From Macrostomum lignano (taxonomy: Eukaryota): a stretch of 64,000 nucleotides of DNA. Every line of letters starts with the position of its first letter. Position 1 is the stretch's first letter. Below the pieces are notes generated by a model. That model did not search any database and was not told where the DNA came from. It saw only the letters and a program-made list of their open reading frames with translations. Where the stretch lies: positions 186,001-250,000 of the forward strand of contig NIVC01000261.1 in assembly GCA_002269645.1 (NCBI GenBank). The letters run 5' to 3'. Made by a program: the position numbers and the translations under genes. Of the stretch, positions 1-14,629 are shown in pieces.

Positions 1-130
1 GAATGGATTGCTAATCTAGCCAATATCATGAGACGAATTGGAATAGAATGGATTGCTAATCTAGCCAATATCATGTGATGAATTGGAATAGAATGGATTG
101 CTAATCTAGCCAATATCTTGACATGAATTT
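1..130 (+). repeat. 45-bp minisatellite (about 3 units, cut by the window edge)
   Basis: GAATGGATTGCTAATCTAGCCAATATC recurs at 1, 46 and 91; reverse complement of the array at 14630-15080. Confidence 0.9.
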
Positions 131-770
131 GAAAAAAATAGCTGAAAAATGATGTATAAATCTGCCGATTTTATAAGGCTATTTTACTATTTTTCTTAGC
201 ATTACTATACTTATTTTAAATTGCTAAACTCATTAAACTTCTTTCATAATGTAGCAATTTTCAAGAAACCCAAGTCAGTCGCGAGGCCCCCCAATTTGTC
301 TAATGAAACGGTGCAGTGCGGTGCTCAAACCACATCGACCTGCGCCGCTGCTTGCAGTTCAGTCAGCTGTGCAGCAAAGTCGCTCTCGCAGCCCAGCAGC
401 TCAGGCAAGAATTAAAAAAAGCCTTCAAAAATTAGCCGGCTAAGTCTCGACTGCCGCCCCTAACGCTACGTTGAGCTTGCTTACGAAATCAGGCGTAAGA
501 ACTAACGGACCGTGACCGCAGCTTTACCCCTCTGTAATTATTGCTATAGTATATATGGTGCAAGCCTAATTCTCTGTGGGATCAACACATCAACAATGAT
601 GCAATGACCCGAGAGAGCTGTGCTTCTCCACAAAATAACACTTGAGCAGCTTTGGACTCAGCATTCTGGACACTTCAGTTCAGGCCATGGGTCTCAAGCA
701 CTTCCTGGCCTTTGAGGGTCCGCCAAAAGCCGTCAATTTAACTCTGCATCCTAGACCCTGAGAGAGCATC

Positions 771-2516
771 CTCTGTCTCACATCCTTAGCAATCAATCTC
801 ACCCTCTATCTCGCATCCTTAGCAATCAATCTCACCCTCTATCTCACATCCTTAGCAATCAATCTCACCCTCTGTCTCACATTCTTAGCAATCAATTTCA
901 CCCTCTATCTCGCATCTTTAGCAATCAATCTCACCCTCTATCTCATATCCTTAGCAATCAATCTCACCCTCTATCTCACATCCTTAGCAATCAATCTCAC
1001 CCTCTATCTCACATCCTTAGTAATCAATCTCACCCTCTATCTCACATCCTTAGCAATCAATCTCACCCTCTGTCTCACATCCTTAGCAATCAATCTCACC
1101 CTCTATCTCACATCCTTAACAATCAATCTCACCCTCTGTCTCACATCCTTAGCAATCAATCTCACCCTCTATCTCACATCCTTAACAATCAATCTCACCC
1201 TCTGTCTCACATCCTTAGCAATCAATCTCACCCTCTATTTCACATCCTTAACAATCAATCTCACCCTCTATCTCACATTCTTAGCAATCAATCTCACCCT
1301 CTATCTCACATCCTTAGCAATCAATCTCACCCTCTGTCTCACATCCTTAGCAATCAATCTCACCCTCTGTCTCATATCCTTAGCAATCAATCTCACCCTC
1401 TGTCTCACATCCTTAGCAATCAATCTCACCCTCTGTCTCATATCCTTAGCAATCAATCTCACCCTCTGTCTCATATCCTTAGCAATCAATCTCACCCTCT
1501 GTCTCATATCCTTAGCAATCAATCTCACCCTCTATTTCACATTCTTAGCAATCAATCTCACCCTCTATCTCACATTCTTAGCAATCAATCTCACCCTCTA
1601 TCTCGCATCTTTAGCAATCAATCTCACCCTCTGTCTCACATCCTTAGCAATCAATCTCACCCTCTGTCTCATATCCTTAGCAATCAATCTCACCCTCTGT
1701 CTCATATCCTTAGCAATCAATCTCACCCTCTGTCTCATATCCTTAGCAATCAATCTCACCCTCTATTTCACATTCTTAGCAATCAATCTCACCCTCTATC
1801 TCACATTCTTAGCAATCAATCTCACCCTCTATCTCGCATCTTTAGCAATCAATCTCACCCTCTATCTCGCATCTTTAGCAATCAATCTCACCCTCTGTCT
1901 CATATCCTTAGCAATCAATCTCACCCTCTGTCTCATATCCTTAGCAATCAATATCACCCTCTGTCTCATATCCTTAGCAATCAATCTCACCCTCTATCTC
2001 ACATTCTTAGCAATCAATCTCACCCTCTATCTCACATTCTTAGCAATCAATCTCACCCTCTATCTCACATCCTTAGCAATCAATCTCACCCTCTATCTCA
2101 CATCCTTAACAATCAATCTCACCCTCTGTCTCGCATCTTTAGCAATCAATCTCACCCTCTATCTCGCATCTTTAGCAATCAATCTCACCCTCTGTCTCAC
2201 ATCCTTAGCAATCAATCTCACCCTCTATCTCGCATCTTTAGCAATCAATCTCACCCTCTATCTCACATTCTTAGCAATCAATCTCACCCTCTATCTCACA
2301 TCCTTAGCAATCAATCTCACCCTCTGTCTCACATCCTTAGCAATCAATCTCACCCTCTATCTCACATCCTTAACAATCAATCTCACCCTCTGTCTCACAT
2401 CCTTAGCAATCAATCTCACCCTCTATCTCACATTCTTAGCAATCAATCTCACCCTCTATCTCACATTCTTAGCAATCAATCTCACCCTCTATCTCACATT
2501 CTTAGCAATCAATCTC
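771..2516. repeat. 33-bp minisatellite, about 53 copies
   Basis: Head-to-tail unit TCTCACATCCTTAGCAATCAATCTCACCCTCT(A/G); explains the RLIAKDMRQRV pseudo-ORF. Confidence 0.95.
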
Positions 2517-3574
2517 CAAGACTTCAAAATTTGCACGTGCCTGTAAAGACCTGTAAAGACCTGTAAGCACCTCAAAGGCTACTGTAGTTCACGAACGCAG
2601 GGCCCACTTAGAACCTATTCAGATACTAAGAATGTCCATAAACAATGTTATTCTCCATCAATCAGATAAATCCCTCCTTTCAGTAGTCGTCCTACTAAGC
2701 AATAAAAACTCTCTGCATGAAACGCAACCCTAAACCGCTCTCCATCCGGGACTATCTAGGTTTTTGTCTTCGACCCACTTCTTGAGATTGCGTAGAAAAA
2801 AAAAGAAACTATAGATAACGACTCAGATGATGGGATCTGTCTACTTTTTGTGTGTGTGTCTCTCCTATTGATAAGATTCCTATAGGCAAGACGACTGTAG
2901 GGTCATAAAATATGCATTCTGAGAACTTGGGATTCTTATGCTTCCCAAGTCCCCGTGCCCTAAGACACGCAAACATCTGGCCCTCTTTTTAAAAAAGCGT
3001 GATTTAAAAAAACCAACAAAAATGACAGATGCTCAATAATCAGGTGGGAATATCAGGCGTAGCTTAGGCACTACAGGGCGACCAGTAAACTTTTAAAGAT
3101 CCGTTGGTCCGGTTAAGAAGGATAACAGTAATATATGCCTGCAACCTCGGCACCCTTTGGGAATCTATCCATCACCTTCCCAGCTGTCGGTTCCCTCTTA
3201 CCTCAACTTTTCCACAGTATTTTCCGGGGTTGAAAGTTGAAACTATCTGAGAAAATTTTGTGTGGCTATTAGCACCGTGGAGGTGTTGCAGACAGGACGC
3301 CCGGAGTGCCATCGGTCACTGTCCGTTCTTCACTGTTTACACTCCCCCCCCCGTGCTCGGTTGTCTCCCCGTCTCTCATCCTGAACCATTCCCTTCATTT
3401 TTTCAATTTCGGTCAGCTGTTTGGTTTGGTCAAAAACTTCAAGCACGCGAGCCGTATGGTGGTCCTCAGGGGGGTTTGGAAAGAAAACTGAATATGAATG
3501 TGTAGGCTAGTGTTATGTAGCTATGCGATGCGGGGAGTAGGACATACCACTCTAAGTCTCTTCTTCTCTCTGCC

Positions 3575-4030
3575 TGTCTACTTTATCTACCTATCTACCT
3601 ACCTATCTACCTATCTACCTACCTATCTACCTATCTACCTATCTACCTGTCTACCTATCTACCTTCCTATCTACCTTTCTACCTATCTACCTATCTACCT
3701 ATCTACCTATCCACCTATCTACCTATCTACCTATCTACCTATCCACCTATCTACCTGTCTACCTATCTACCTATCTACCAATCTACCTATCTACCTATCT
3801 ACATATCTACCTGTCTACCTATCTACCAATCTACCTGTCTACCTATCTACCAATCTACCTATCTACCTATCTACATATCTACCTGTCTACCTATCTACCT
3901 TCCTATCTACCTATCTACCTATCTACCTATCTACCTATCTACCTATCCACCTATCTACCTATCTACCTATCTACCTATATACCTGTCTACCTATCTACCT
4001 GTCTACCTATCTACCTATCTATCTATTTAC
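3575..4030. repeat. Compound CTAC/CTAT microsatellite (ATCTACCT)n
   Basis: Direct inspection. Confidence 0.95.
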
Positions 4031-4426
4031 CTGTATAATATGTTATGATTGTAATTTATTTTACTCACTTAGGCTTACTCTAACCTTCATAAAAACCATC
4101 CATTATCCAATCCGAATCCTCTGCGCACATCTCTTATCTTTCTTGCTAAATTATTAAAATTTGCTTTTTTTTAAACTAGCCAACAGACCAGCAGCACTAA
4201 AAAAATTGCCGCTAAAATTCGAGGCAGAGGCCAGATCAAAGACACGAAAACATTGTTGCGTTTTTATACATAGCTGGCTTGGCAACGAAGCTTAGGATTA
4301 CTAAGCCATGCCTGATGACGTGATACATTCAGCAGCTCGGGCTATGACGTCTCAGCACTGTTAAGCCTATTTTAGGATACAGAAGGAAGGAGAGGGAGAA
4401 GCAGGGAAATACGAGAAAGAGGGAAT

Positions 4427-4896
4427 GGGGCGCCCACCTAAGAGACAGGGGCGCCCACCTAAGAGACAGGGGCGCCCACCTAAGAGACAGGGGCGCCCAC
4501 CTAAGAGACAGGGGCGCCCACCTAAGAGACAGGGGCGCCCACCTAAGAGACGGGGCGCCCACCTAAGAGACAGGGGCGCCCACCTAAGAGACAGGGGCGC
4601 CCACCTAAGAGACAGGGGCGCCCACCTAAGAGACAGGGGCACCCACCTAAAAGACAGGGGCACCCACTAAAAGACAGGGGCACCCACTAAAAGACAGGGG
4701 CACCCACTAAAAGACAGGGGCACCCACTAAAAGACAGGGGCACCCACTAAAAGACAGGGGCACCCACTAAAAGACAGGGGCACCCACTAAAAGACAGGGG
4801 CGCCCACTAAAAGACAGGGGCACCCACTAAAAGACAGGGGCGCCCACTAAAAGACAGGGGCACCCACTAAAAGACAGGGGCACCCACTAAAAGACA
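4427..4896. repeat. 21/20-bp minisatellite
   Basis: GGGGCGCCCACCTAAGAGACA units followed by GGGGCACCCACTAAAAGACA units. Confidence 0.95.
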
Positions 4897-5030
4897 CGAT
4901 CGCCCACTTGAGAAAATGGGCGCCAACCTAAGAGAGAGGGGCACACAAGTTCATAAGTGTATTCTCAGAACTTAAATTCCGAGAAAATGACAGTTGGCAA
5001 GCAACAGCACGATCTGAGTGATGTTCTCAC

Positions 5031-5129
5031 CTGTCTGTCAGACTTTAACAGCCGCTGATTTCTGCCAGCAGGCGATGCTGATCTCCTAGTGAGCCTGCGA
5101 TGCCGGAAGCTGTAGATGTCGGGCAGAAT
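5031..5129 (-). CDS. furin: Furin-like proprotein convertase, coding exon 2 (prodomain)
   Basis: Minus strand ttttcccag|ATT...CAG|gtgaga, 99 bp, phase 0/0. Encodes ILPDIYSFRHRRLTRRSASPAGRNQRLLKSDRQ, aligning without gaps to the human furin prodomain segment IFGDYYHFWHRGVTKRSLSPHRPRHSRLQREPQ (also 33 aa). Confidence 0.85.
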
Positions 5130-5155
5130 CTGGGAAAATGAAACAGGCATTGTAG

Positions 5156-5345
5156 TTTGCTTTCGCTTTTGCTTTTGCTTTTGCTTTTGCTTTTGCTTCT
5201 GCTTCTGCTTTAGCTTTAGCTTTTGCTTTTGCTTTTGCTTTCGCTTTTGCTTTAGCTTTTGCTTTTGCTTTTGCTTTTGCTTTTGCTTTTGCTTTTGCTT
5301 TTGCTTTTGCTTTTGCTTTTGCTTTTGCTTTTGCTTTTGCTTTTG
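5156..5345. repeat. (TTTTGC)n hexanucleotide microsatellite
   Basis: Direct inspection; source of the QK/FC pseudo-ORFs. Confidence 0.95.
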
Positions 5346-5837
5346 GTTTCGATTTTGCAGTAAGCGGAGAGAAGTATTTGCAGCAGAAAATTTAGTTTTA
5401 TTTGGTTGCATTTAAACTGAAAGCAACAGAATAACCTCATTACCTAGCCACTCTTGTTTGAATTTGAGTGTTGCTTGGGGGAAGTGTTGTCACTCCAGGC
5501 TGCTGCTTCCGGGCCGCATTGCCGCGAAAGCTCGGTGGCTGGGCTGTAAAACTATGGGAAATTTCACGAGGGAGGCCGAGTTTGGGAAATCTGGTAACAA
5601 CAGCCGGTTGCCGCCATGCTAAACACTGGCTGCGGAGGCTGGGCAGGTGGTGGAGGGCAGTTTGCTGGTAATTCGAGCCATTTCGCTTTTATTTCCGAGC
5701 TGCACAACTGGGGGCAGATCGGGGACTTTGGTGGCTGCAGATTTCCTGGGAATATTGTTCCTGCCGCGGCGCTGGCTTCTGCTTTTAGTGCCGGCAGGGC
5801 AAGTCAATATTTGTCTAGTGGGAATGGCCTTCCCGCC

Positions 5838-6575
<738 letters not shown>

Positions 6576-6997
6576 TGAATATCAATCGTATATCAATTAA
6601 AAACAGTTTATTGGCATAAAGCAAATGCTACAGAATAGTCTAATCTCCATAACAGCTCGCAACGCTCTATTATAGGTTAGTTTATAAAAAAACCACAAGC
6701 AGCGCCTTTTAATCCAGAGCGCCGAAGCGAGTGCAGCGATGCAAGAATTGCACGAAAGGCAAACGATTTCGTGTCAAGGATAATGCATCGGGGCATTGTG
6801 CGCAGCAGCTTCTGCATAAACTCTGTTAGTTCACTTGAATGAATTGGGTGCCGTGACTGCTGCGGCTGCCTCTGGCTCTGGTGAGGTTAAAAGCCATGGG
6901 CCTGCGTCAAGTGTTCTTGGCGGGGTTGAGGGTCTGAATGGGTGTAGTGTGTATGGCTTGCTTCAGGGTTGCTACTGAATACTAGTTTATGGTTTCA

Positions 6998-7014
6998 GGT
7001 AGATAGGTATATAA

Positions 7015-7068
<54 letters not shown>

Positions 7069-7109
7069 TGATTGATTGATAGATAGATAGATAGAAAGAT
7101 AGATAGATT

Positions 7110-7141
<32 letters not shown>

Positions 7142-7162
7142 TATAGATAGATAGATAGATAT

Positions 7163-7213
<51 letters not shown>

Positions 7214-7234
7214 TATAGATAGATAGATAGATAT

Positions 7235-7284
<50 letters not shown>

Positions 7285-7393
7285 TGATTGATTGATTGAT
7301 AGATAGATAGATAGAAAGATAGATAGATTGATAGATAGATAGATAGATAGATTGATTGATTGATAGATAGATAGATAGAAAGATAGATAGATT

Positions 7394-7425
<32 letters not shown>

Positions 7426-7446
7426 TATAGATAGATAGATAGATAT

Positions 7447-7493
<47 letters not shown>

Positions 7494-7514
7494 TATAGAT
7501 AGATAGATAGATAT

Positions 7515-7564
<50 letters not shown>

Positions 7565-7750
7565 TGATTGATTGATTGATAGATAGATAGATAGAAAGAT
7601 AGATAGATTGATAGATAGATAGATAGATAGATTGATTGATTGATAGATAGATAGATAGAAAGATAGATAGATTGATAGATAGATAGATAGATAGATTGAT
7701 AGATAGATAGATAGATAGATTAATTGATTGATTGATGAATTGATTGATTG
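6998..7750 (-). repeat. (ATAG)n microsatellite, inverted relative to 5838-6575
   Basis: Direct inspection; shares the interruption pattern with the left array in reverse complement. Confidence 0.95.
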
Positions 7751-8239
7751 ATGGCTAGGTTTGTGACATTGACAAAACACTAATAGACATGGAGAATGAG
7801 GACTTTTCCCGCAGTGAAGGAAGTGGATTAGTGAGCGTCACCCCCGCGCAGCCGTTTCCGAGAGCAGAAATAAATTAGAAAACTGATGACGAGGACTGGG
7901 GATTCTGGGGGAATTTATTAATTTATTCTTCATCCAACCAACCCAGAGCAAAAAATTGAAGTTCCTGACTAGCGAGAGGAGAAAAGGGAAACAAGAGAGA
8001 AAGTAAGTATGGAAAAATTGGAGAGAAAGTTGTTCTGCCTCTGAGAACTGGCTCAGGTGCTGCCGGCTGGCAGATGCCAGTGCTGAGACCTGGGCAGTCG
8101 ACGCGGCAGCTCATGCTTGTTTTCTGATTCAACTTTCCGCAATTTGCAGGGGTTTTGCTGGGGTTGTGAGGCGGAATGGTCATCTGGTTTGCGTCTTGTG
8201 AAGGGCTGGGCATTGAGAGACTGACAGAGCCACAAACTC

Positions 8240-8596
<357 letters not shown>

Positions 8597-9369
8597 TCAC
8601 CCTTAGCGCCAGGTGCTGCTCAGATGCAAATAACCCGGACAAAAAAGCTGGCATTTTAATGAGGCAGGCAAAGCCGATCGATGCGCCAAAAAGTTTTGAA
8701 CTGTGAAGCACGGGATTCTCTCTGAGGCGTCACTTCAAGTTCTGATCGGAACAATGTTGCCCAGTGATGTAGAGAGTTGCTAAGTAATGATTTAAAAATT
8801 GACTTCATCAGAAGCGAAGGAATTTCGAGTTTACTCACAGCTGGTAGCTGAGAGCTGAAAGCAATGCGGGTCAATACGCACGAGGTGCTCTGCTTTTAGT
8901 TGCTTGGGTCAGAAGAAAGGTCACACACTATACAGTTTGATGTGAGAGTGTGACTTTTTCATTTCTTAATTAGTTTATTGATCTGGCAGTTCTTGACAGC
9001 CTACCAGCCTCAAACCCGCCCAGCCCGCACAGAAAAACCAGCTGCCTTAGCGACAAGCAAAAGAGAAGAGAAGTTTGGTGTGAATTTTCTAGCATAGCAA
9101 CCGCGTTAAAGCAACATGCCAGAAATGCGGGCATTCCGTAGCTGCTTTTATAAGAATTCAATACTCTTGTGTAGAGATGGCAATTTTCCAGTTTTTCTTT
9201 AGCATAAAACTGACAACTTGCTTAAAGTTTGATACAGCACTGGTTTTGAGACTTGAGACTTTGTTCCAACTATTCCAATATCCTTAATCTCCGAAGGATT
9301 TTTTTGAGAAGAAACTTTTCCAACTGAATTCTGAGTTAAAAAATAATAAAGGGAAGACTACACTCTATT

Positions 9370-9780
9370 ACACACTACCCTCTACCCTCTACCCTCTACC
9401 CTCTACCCTCTACCCTCTACACTCTACCCTCTACCCTCTACACTCTACCCTCTACCCTCTACACTCTACACTCTACCCTCTACCCTCTACCATCTACACT
9501 CTACACTCTACCCTCTACCCTCTACACTCTACCCTCTACCCTCTACCCTCTACACTCTACCCTCTACCCTCTACCCTCTACACTCTACACGTTACACTCT
9601 ACCCTCTAAACTCTACCCTTAACTCTCTAAACTCTATCCTCTACACTCTACCTTTACCATCTACTCTACACTCTACCTTCTACTCTACCTTATACTCTAC
9701 CTTCTACTCTCTACTCTCTACTCTACTTTCAACATTATAGTTTCTACTCTACATTCTACCTTCTACTCTACCCTCTATCG
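9370..9780. repeat. 7-bp repeat (CTCTACC/CTCTACA)n decaying rightwards
   Basis: Direct inspection. Confidence 0.9.
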
Positions 9781-10303
9781 TCTACTACTTATCTATATTT
9801 TGTATTCTTCAGCTTCCCGAAAAAAATTTCTCAGACTTTCTAAAATATTTTGCCCGGTTTTTCATTTCATTCAAATAAATAATTTTATGCTTTTTTTAAA
9901 ACTTAGCCTTCAATAGTATACAGATTGACGCTTATCATTATTCTTTTGTTAATAAAGTGTGCGTGACCTCAACAGAAGCGCCACACACGCAAGCTTTTAT
10001 CATCATTTCTGGATCTCAGTACGCCGCACACCCCAAAACAAAAGGTGGCAGTGTTTGCAATCAAGGCTGGCTCTGTCTTCAACAATAGGTGATAACAGAG
10101 CAGAGGACCAGGGCACTGCAGATGAGTGTGAGTTAGAATTTGGGTTTTTCAGCCAGTTATAGATATCAATGCTTCCACTCAAGGACTACTAAAACACAGT
10201 CTGGAGTGGGAAGTCGACCATAATTCATAACACAGAATGATGAAAATAAGAAGTTATTTTCTCTTCACACTTTACCAAGAGTATAAAATAATTCAGATCT
10301 GAA

Positions 10304-11630
10304 TTTGGCGCTAAAATCTTGGCTCTAAAATATCGGTGCTAAAATCTTGGCGCTAAAATCTTGGCGCTATAATCTTAGCGCTATAATATTGGCGCTAAAA
10401 TCTTGGTGCTAAAATCTTGTTGCTATAATCTTGGCGGCTATAATTTTGGCGCTAAAATCTTGGCGCTTAAAACTTAGCGCTAAAATCTTGGCGCTAATAT
10501 CTTGGCGATAAAATTTTGGCGCTAAAATCTTGGCGCTAATATCCTGGCGATAAAATTTTGGCGCTAAAATCTTGGCGCTAATATCTTGGCAATAAAATTT
10601 TGGCGCTAAAATCTTGGCGCTTAAAACTTAGCGCTAAAATCTTGGCGCTAATATCTTGGCGATAAAATTTTGGCGCTGAAATCTTGGCACTAAGATCTTG
10701 GCGCTGAAATCTTGGCGCTATAATCTTGGCGCTATAATCTTGGCGCTAAAATCTTGGCGCTAATATCTTGGCGATAAAATTTTGGCGCTGAAATCTTGGC
10801 ACTAAGATCTTGGCGCTATAATCTTGGCGCTATAATCTTGGCGCTATAATCTTGGCGCTATAATCTTGGCGCTATAATCTTGGCGCTATAATCTTGGCGC
10901 TATAATCTTGGCGCTATAATCTTGGCGCTATAATATTGGCGCTAAAATCTTGGCGCTATAATATTGGCGCTAAAATCTTGGCGCTAAAATCTTGGCGCTA
11001 ATATCTTGACGATAAAATTTTGGCGCTGAAATCTTGGCACTAAGATCTTGGCGCTGAAATCTTGGCGCTATAATCTTGGCGCTATAATCTTGGCGCTAAA
11101 ATCTTGGCGCTAATATCTTGGCGATAAAATTTTGGCGCTGAAATCTTGGCACTAAGATCTTGGCGCTATAATCTTGGCGCTATAATCTTGGCGCTATAAT
11201 CTTGGCGCTATAATCTTGGCGCTATAATCTTGGCGCTATAATCTTGGCGCTATAATCTTGGCGCTATAATCTTGGCGCTATAATCTTGGCGCTATTATCT
11301 TGGCTCTATAATCTTGGCGCTGAAATCTTGGCGCTATAATCTTGGCGCTATAATCTTGGCGCTATAATCTTGGCGCTATAATATTGGCGCTAAAATCTTG
11401 GCGCTATAATATTGGCGCTAAAATCTTGGCGATAAAATTTTGGCGCTGAAATCTTGGCACTAAGATCTTGGCGCTATAATCTTGGCGCTATAATCTTGGC
11501 GCTATAATCTTGGCGCTATAATCTTGGCGCTATAATATTGGCGCTAAAATCTTGGCGCTAATATCTTGGCGATAAAATTTTGGCGCTGAAATCTTGGCAC
11601 TAAAATCTTGGCGCTATAATCTTGGCAATA
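10304..11630. repeat. 14-bp minisatellite (ATCTTGGCGCTATA)n with higher-order blocks
   Basis: 14-bp period; the diagnostic block ATCTTGGCACTAAGATCTTGGCGCTGAAAT recurs at 10681 and 11031 (350 bp = 25 units). Confidence 0.95.
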
Positions 11631-12044
11631 AAATTCAAAGCCATTGCTAGTTTTAGAAAATAATATGCTCGAGACAGTATATACTAAAACTCATATCAAT
11701 ATGAATAAAAATAGCCCAGACCTATATCAACACTTCTCCAAACCTAGACTAGAGGCACACACAAAACACATCGTTTGTCACGCCTCCCTTCGCTTCAGAA
11801 GCCGCGAGTGAATACCTGAGAAAATTTTACACAACTCACTGCTGCTGAGCGCCTCTCCCCTCTTCTCATCTCATGTCTAATGGGCAATAGTTAATTACCC
11901 CGTCACGTACGCTTCAAGATTGAAGCAAGAAGCAGACTCGCTCAGCGCACTGTCTCCAATCTTTATTGGGACAGGTCGATAAGTGCCTTTTGTTTGATCA
12001 ACGTCTTCCACTTATTTAATCTGGTGTTGTGTAGCTCATTGGAT

Positions 12045-12475
12045 GCGAGGAGAGAGGATAGGAGAGGGAATAGAGGAGAGAGGGAAGAGATGATAGGAGA
12101 GAAGGGGTGAGAGATAAAAGAAGAGAGGAGAGATGAGAGACTAGATAAGCGAAGAGAAAAGAGGCAAGAGAAGATGGGAGGAGAGAGATGAGATGAGAGA
12201 TGAAAGGCGAGAAGAAATTAGAGATAAAAGCTGAAAAGGGCTGAGGAGGATAAGAGGAGAGAAGAAAGAAGAAAGAAAAGAAGAGAGGAGAGATGAGATG
12301 GGAAAGAAGAAAGAAGAGAGGAGAGGAGAGATGAGATGAGTGATGAAAGGAGAGAAGAGGTGAGACTGAAGATAAGAGGAGAAATGAAAGAGAAGAGAAG
12401 AGAGGAGATGAGATGAGAGATGAGATAAGAGATACTCGTAAAAAAAGACAGAAGAGAAGAGAGCTGAGAAGACAC
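12045..12475. repeat. GA-rich low-complexity tract
   Basis: Almost purely purine on the + strand. Confidence 0.85.
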
Positions 12476-12959
12476 AAAAACCTTGAGCAGGGGCACGCCA
12501 CAGAGACCTAGCGGATGAGGAGGGTGGTTCATCTGTTGTGTTGTCGTTAGAAAGAACACAGGCGAAAATTTCTAATGGCTTGCATGACAAAAAGGCGCCC
12601 CCGTATGCATTAGAGATTTAGACGAAAAAACTGTTGCAAACAAAAGAAGCAGTGCCTAACATGGAAATCGCATCCTTCTAAAGCCCGATTCTCAAGGATG
12701 AAGAGGCCTCCCTACATATACTGATGAGGTTTGAATAGTGAATTGAATGTAAAACAAATTTTAGCGAATGAATTCTACTCAAATTAAAAATTTTTTATTG
12801 ATTTCAGGTCCTTTTTTGCAGCTAAATATTGTTTTTTTTGGGGGAGATTAGGGAAAAAGGATTGAAGATTTTGCGGGGGGGGAGTTTACTGGGTACAGAT
12901 AATTAAGCCAAAAAGAGGAGACAGGTAAAAGAGTAGAAACAAGTGGAGACTGAGATAGT

Positions 12960-13945
12960 GAGGATAGAGAGTAGAGAGTAGAGATTAGAGAGTAGAGAGT
13001 GGAGTAGAGAGTAGAGAGTAGAGAGTAGAGAGTAGAGAGTAGAGATTAGAGAGTAGAGAGTAGAGAGTAGAGAGTAGAGAGTAGAGAGTAGAGGGTAGAG
13101 AGTAGAGAGTAGAGAGTAGAGATTAGAGAGTAGAGGGTAGAGAGTAGAGAGTAGAGAGTAGATAGTAGAGAGTAGAGATCAGAGTGTAGAGAGTTGAGGG
13201 TAGAGAGTAGAGAGTAGAGAGTAGAGAGTAGAGAGTATATTGTAGAGAGTAGATAGTAGAGAGTAGAGATCAGAGTGTAGAGAGTTGAGGGTAGAGAGTA
13301 GAGAGTAGAGAGTAGATAGTAGAGAGAGGAGAGAGGAGAGAGGAAAGAGTAGAGAGTAGAGAGTAGAGAGTAGAAGAGAGCAGAGAGCAGAGAGTAGATA
13401 GTAGAGAGAGGAGAGAGGAGAGAGGAGAGAGTAGAGAGTAGATAGTAGAGAGAGGAGAGAGGAGAGAGCAGAGAGTAGATAGTAGAGAGAGGAGAGAGGA
13501 GAGAGGAAAGAGTAGAGAGTAGAGAGTAGAGAGTAGAAGAGAGCAGAGAGCAGAGAGTAGATAGTAGAGAGAGGAGAGAGGAGAGAGGAGAGAGTAGAGA
13601 GTAGATAGTAGAGAGAGGAGAGAGGAGAGAGCAGAGAGTAGATAGTAGAGAGAGGAGAGAGGAGAGAGGAGAGAGTAGAGAGTAGAGAGTAGAAGAGAGC
13701 AGAGAGCAGAGAGTAGATAGTAGAGAGAGGAGAGAGCAGAGAGTAGATAGTAGAGAGAGGAGAGAGGAGAGAGGAAAGAGTAGAGAGTAGAGAGTAGAGA
13801 GTAGAAGAGAGCAGAGAGCAGAGAGTAGATAGTAGAGAGAGGAGAGAGGAGAGAGGAGAGAGTAGAGAGTAGAGAGAGGAGAGAGGAGAGAGCAGAGAGT
13901 AGATAGTAGAGAGAGGAGAGAGGAGAGAGTAGAGAGTAGAGGGGA
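12960..13945. repeat. 7-bp repeat (AGAGTAG/AGAGGAG)n
   Basis: Direct inspection; source of the LSTLYS pseudo-ORFs. Confidence 0.95.
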
Positions 13946-14124
13946 TAGGGTAGCAAGCAGAGATGGAGTTTTGGCGTTCGACGATATAGTAGGGTAGGTA
14001 AGTTGATAGGTAGTTTGGTAGGTAGGTAGGTAGTCAAATAGGAAATTAGACAAGCAAATTGACAGGCATACAAAGAGAAGTATTTGGTTCGCGCCCAATA
14101 GGACACAGCCTCAGCCATTCTCAC

Positions 14125-14355
14125 CTGACCAACAAAGTGAAATCCGTGCCTTCGAGTGACCTCTTTAGCTGCCGAGACTCCACCGGAAATTTGCACCGCC
14201 CAGTAAGGCGTGAAGTGGCTGCCAGAACTTGCAGAATCCTTTTCTCCATCACTGATGCTGTCTTTGCTGACGCTGAGACTGTCAGATGATGCGGCAGACT
14301 GCAGCACATGGAGCCCCACAATTAACCCCAATAATTTTCTTTTCATAAGCAACAT
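14125..14355 (-). CDS. furin: Furin-like proprotein convertase, first coding exon (signal peptide and start of the S8 prodomain)
   Basis: ATG at 14355; MLLMKRKLLGLIVGLHVLQSAASS (signal-like)...HFTPYWAVQISGGVSAAKEVTRRHGFHFVGQ|gtgaga. Matches furin/PCSK FTNTWAVRIPGGPAVANSVARKHGFLNLGQ and ends at the same GQ| boundary. Catalytic exons were not found in the window and presumably lie to the left, so the exact PCSK subfamily is not proven. Confidence 0.85.
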
Positions 14356-14629
14356 TTCCTGCGTAAATACTCGTTGGTCAATTTGATTTGTGCGCCTGGG
14401 ATTCACGTCCTTCACACAGGAACATCTGAGGGGTTGAACACTTTCAATTAAGTCTCTGAAAACTGCTGCCTAACCAATGGACAAATGCTTCAATTCTCAT
14501 TGGCTGCTCAGTGCAGACTGGAGTCCGGCGACAAAATTCTTTGCGCACTACTCAAACCAGTAGGATATTAAAATATTTAACGATAAGCTTGATTTGTGAT
14601 TTTTCGTAACTTATTTGTATTCAAATTCA

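Noticed and set aside
771-2516. 33-bp array as a CRISPR or repeat-protein gene
   Set aside because: No spacers; the ORF is broken by stops in variant units and has no splice or start context.
9370-13945. 7-bp arrays at 9370 and 12960 as an inverted pair
   Set aside because: Units are related (CTCTACC vs CTCTACT) but share no diagnostic interruption pattern, unlike the 5838/6998 pair.
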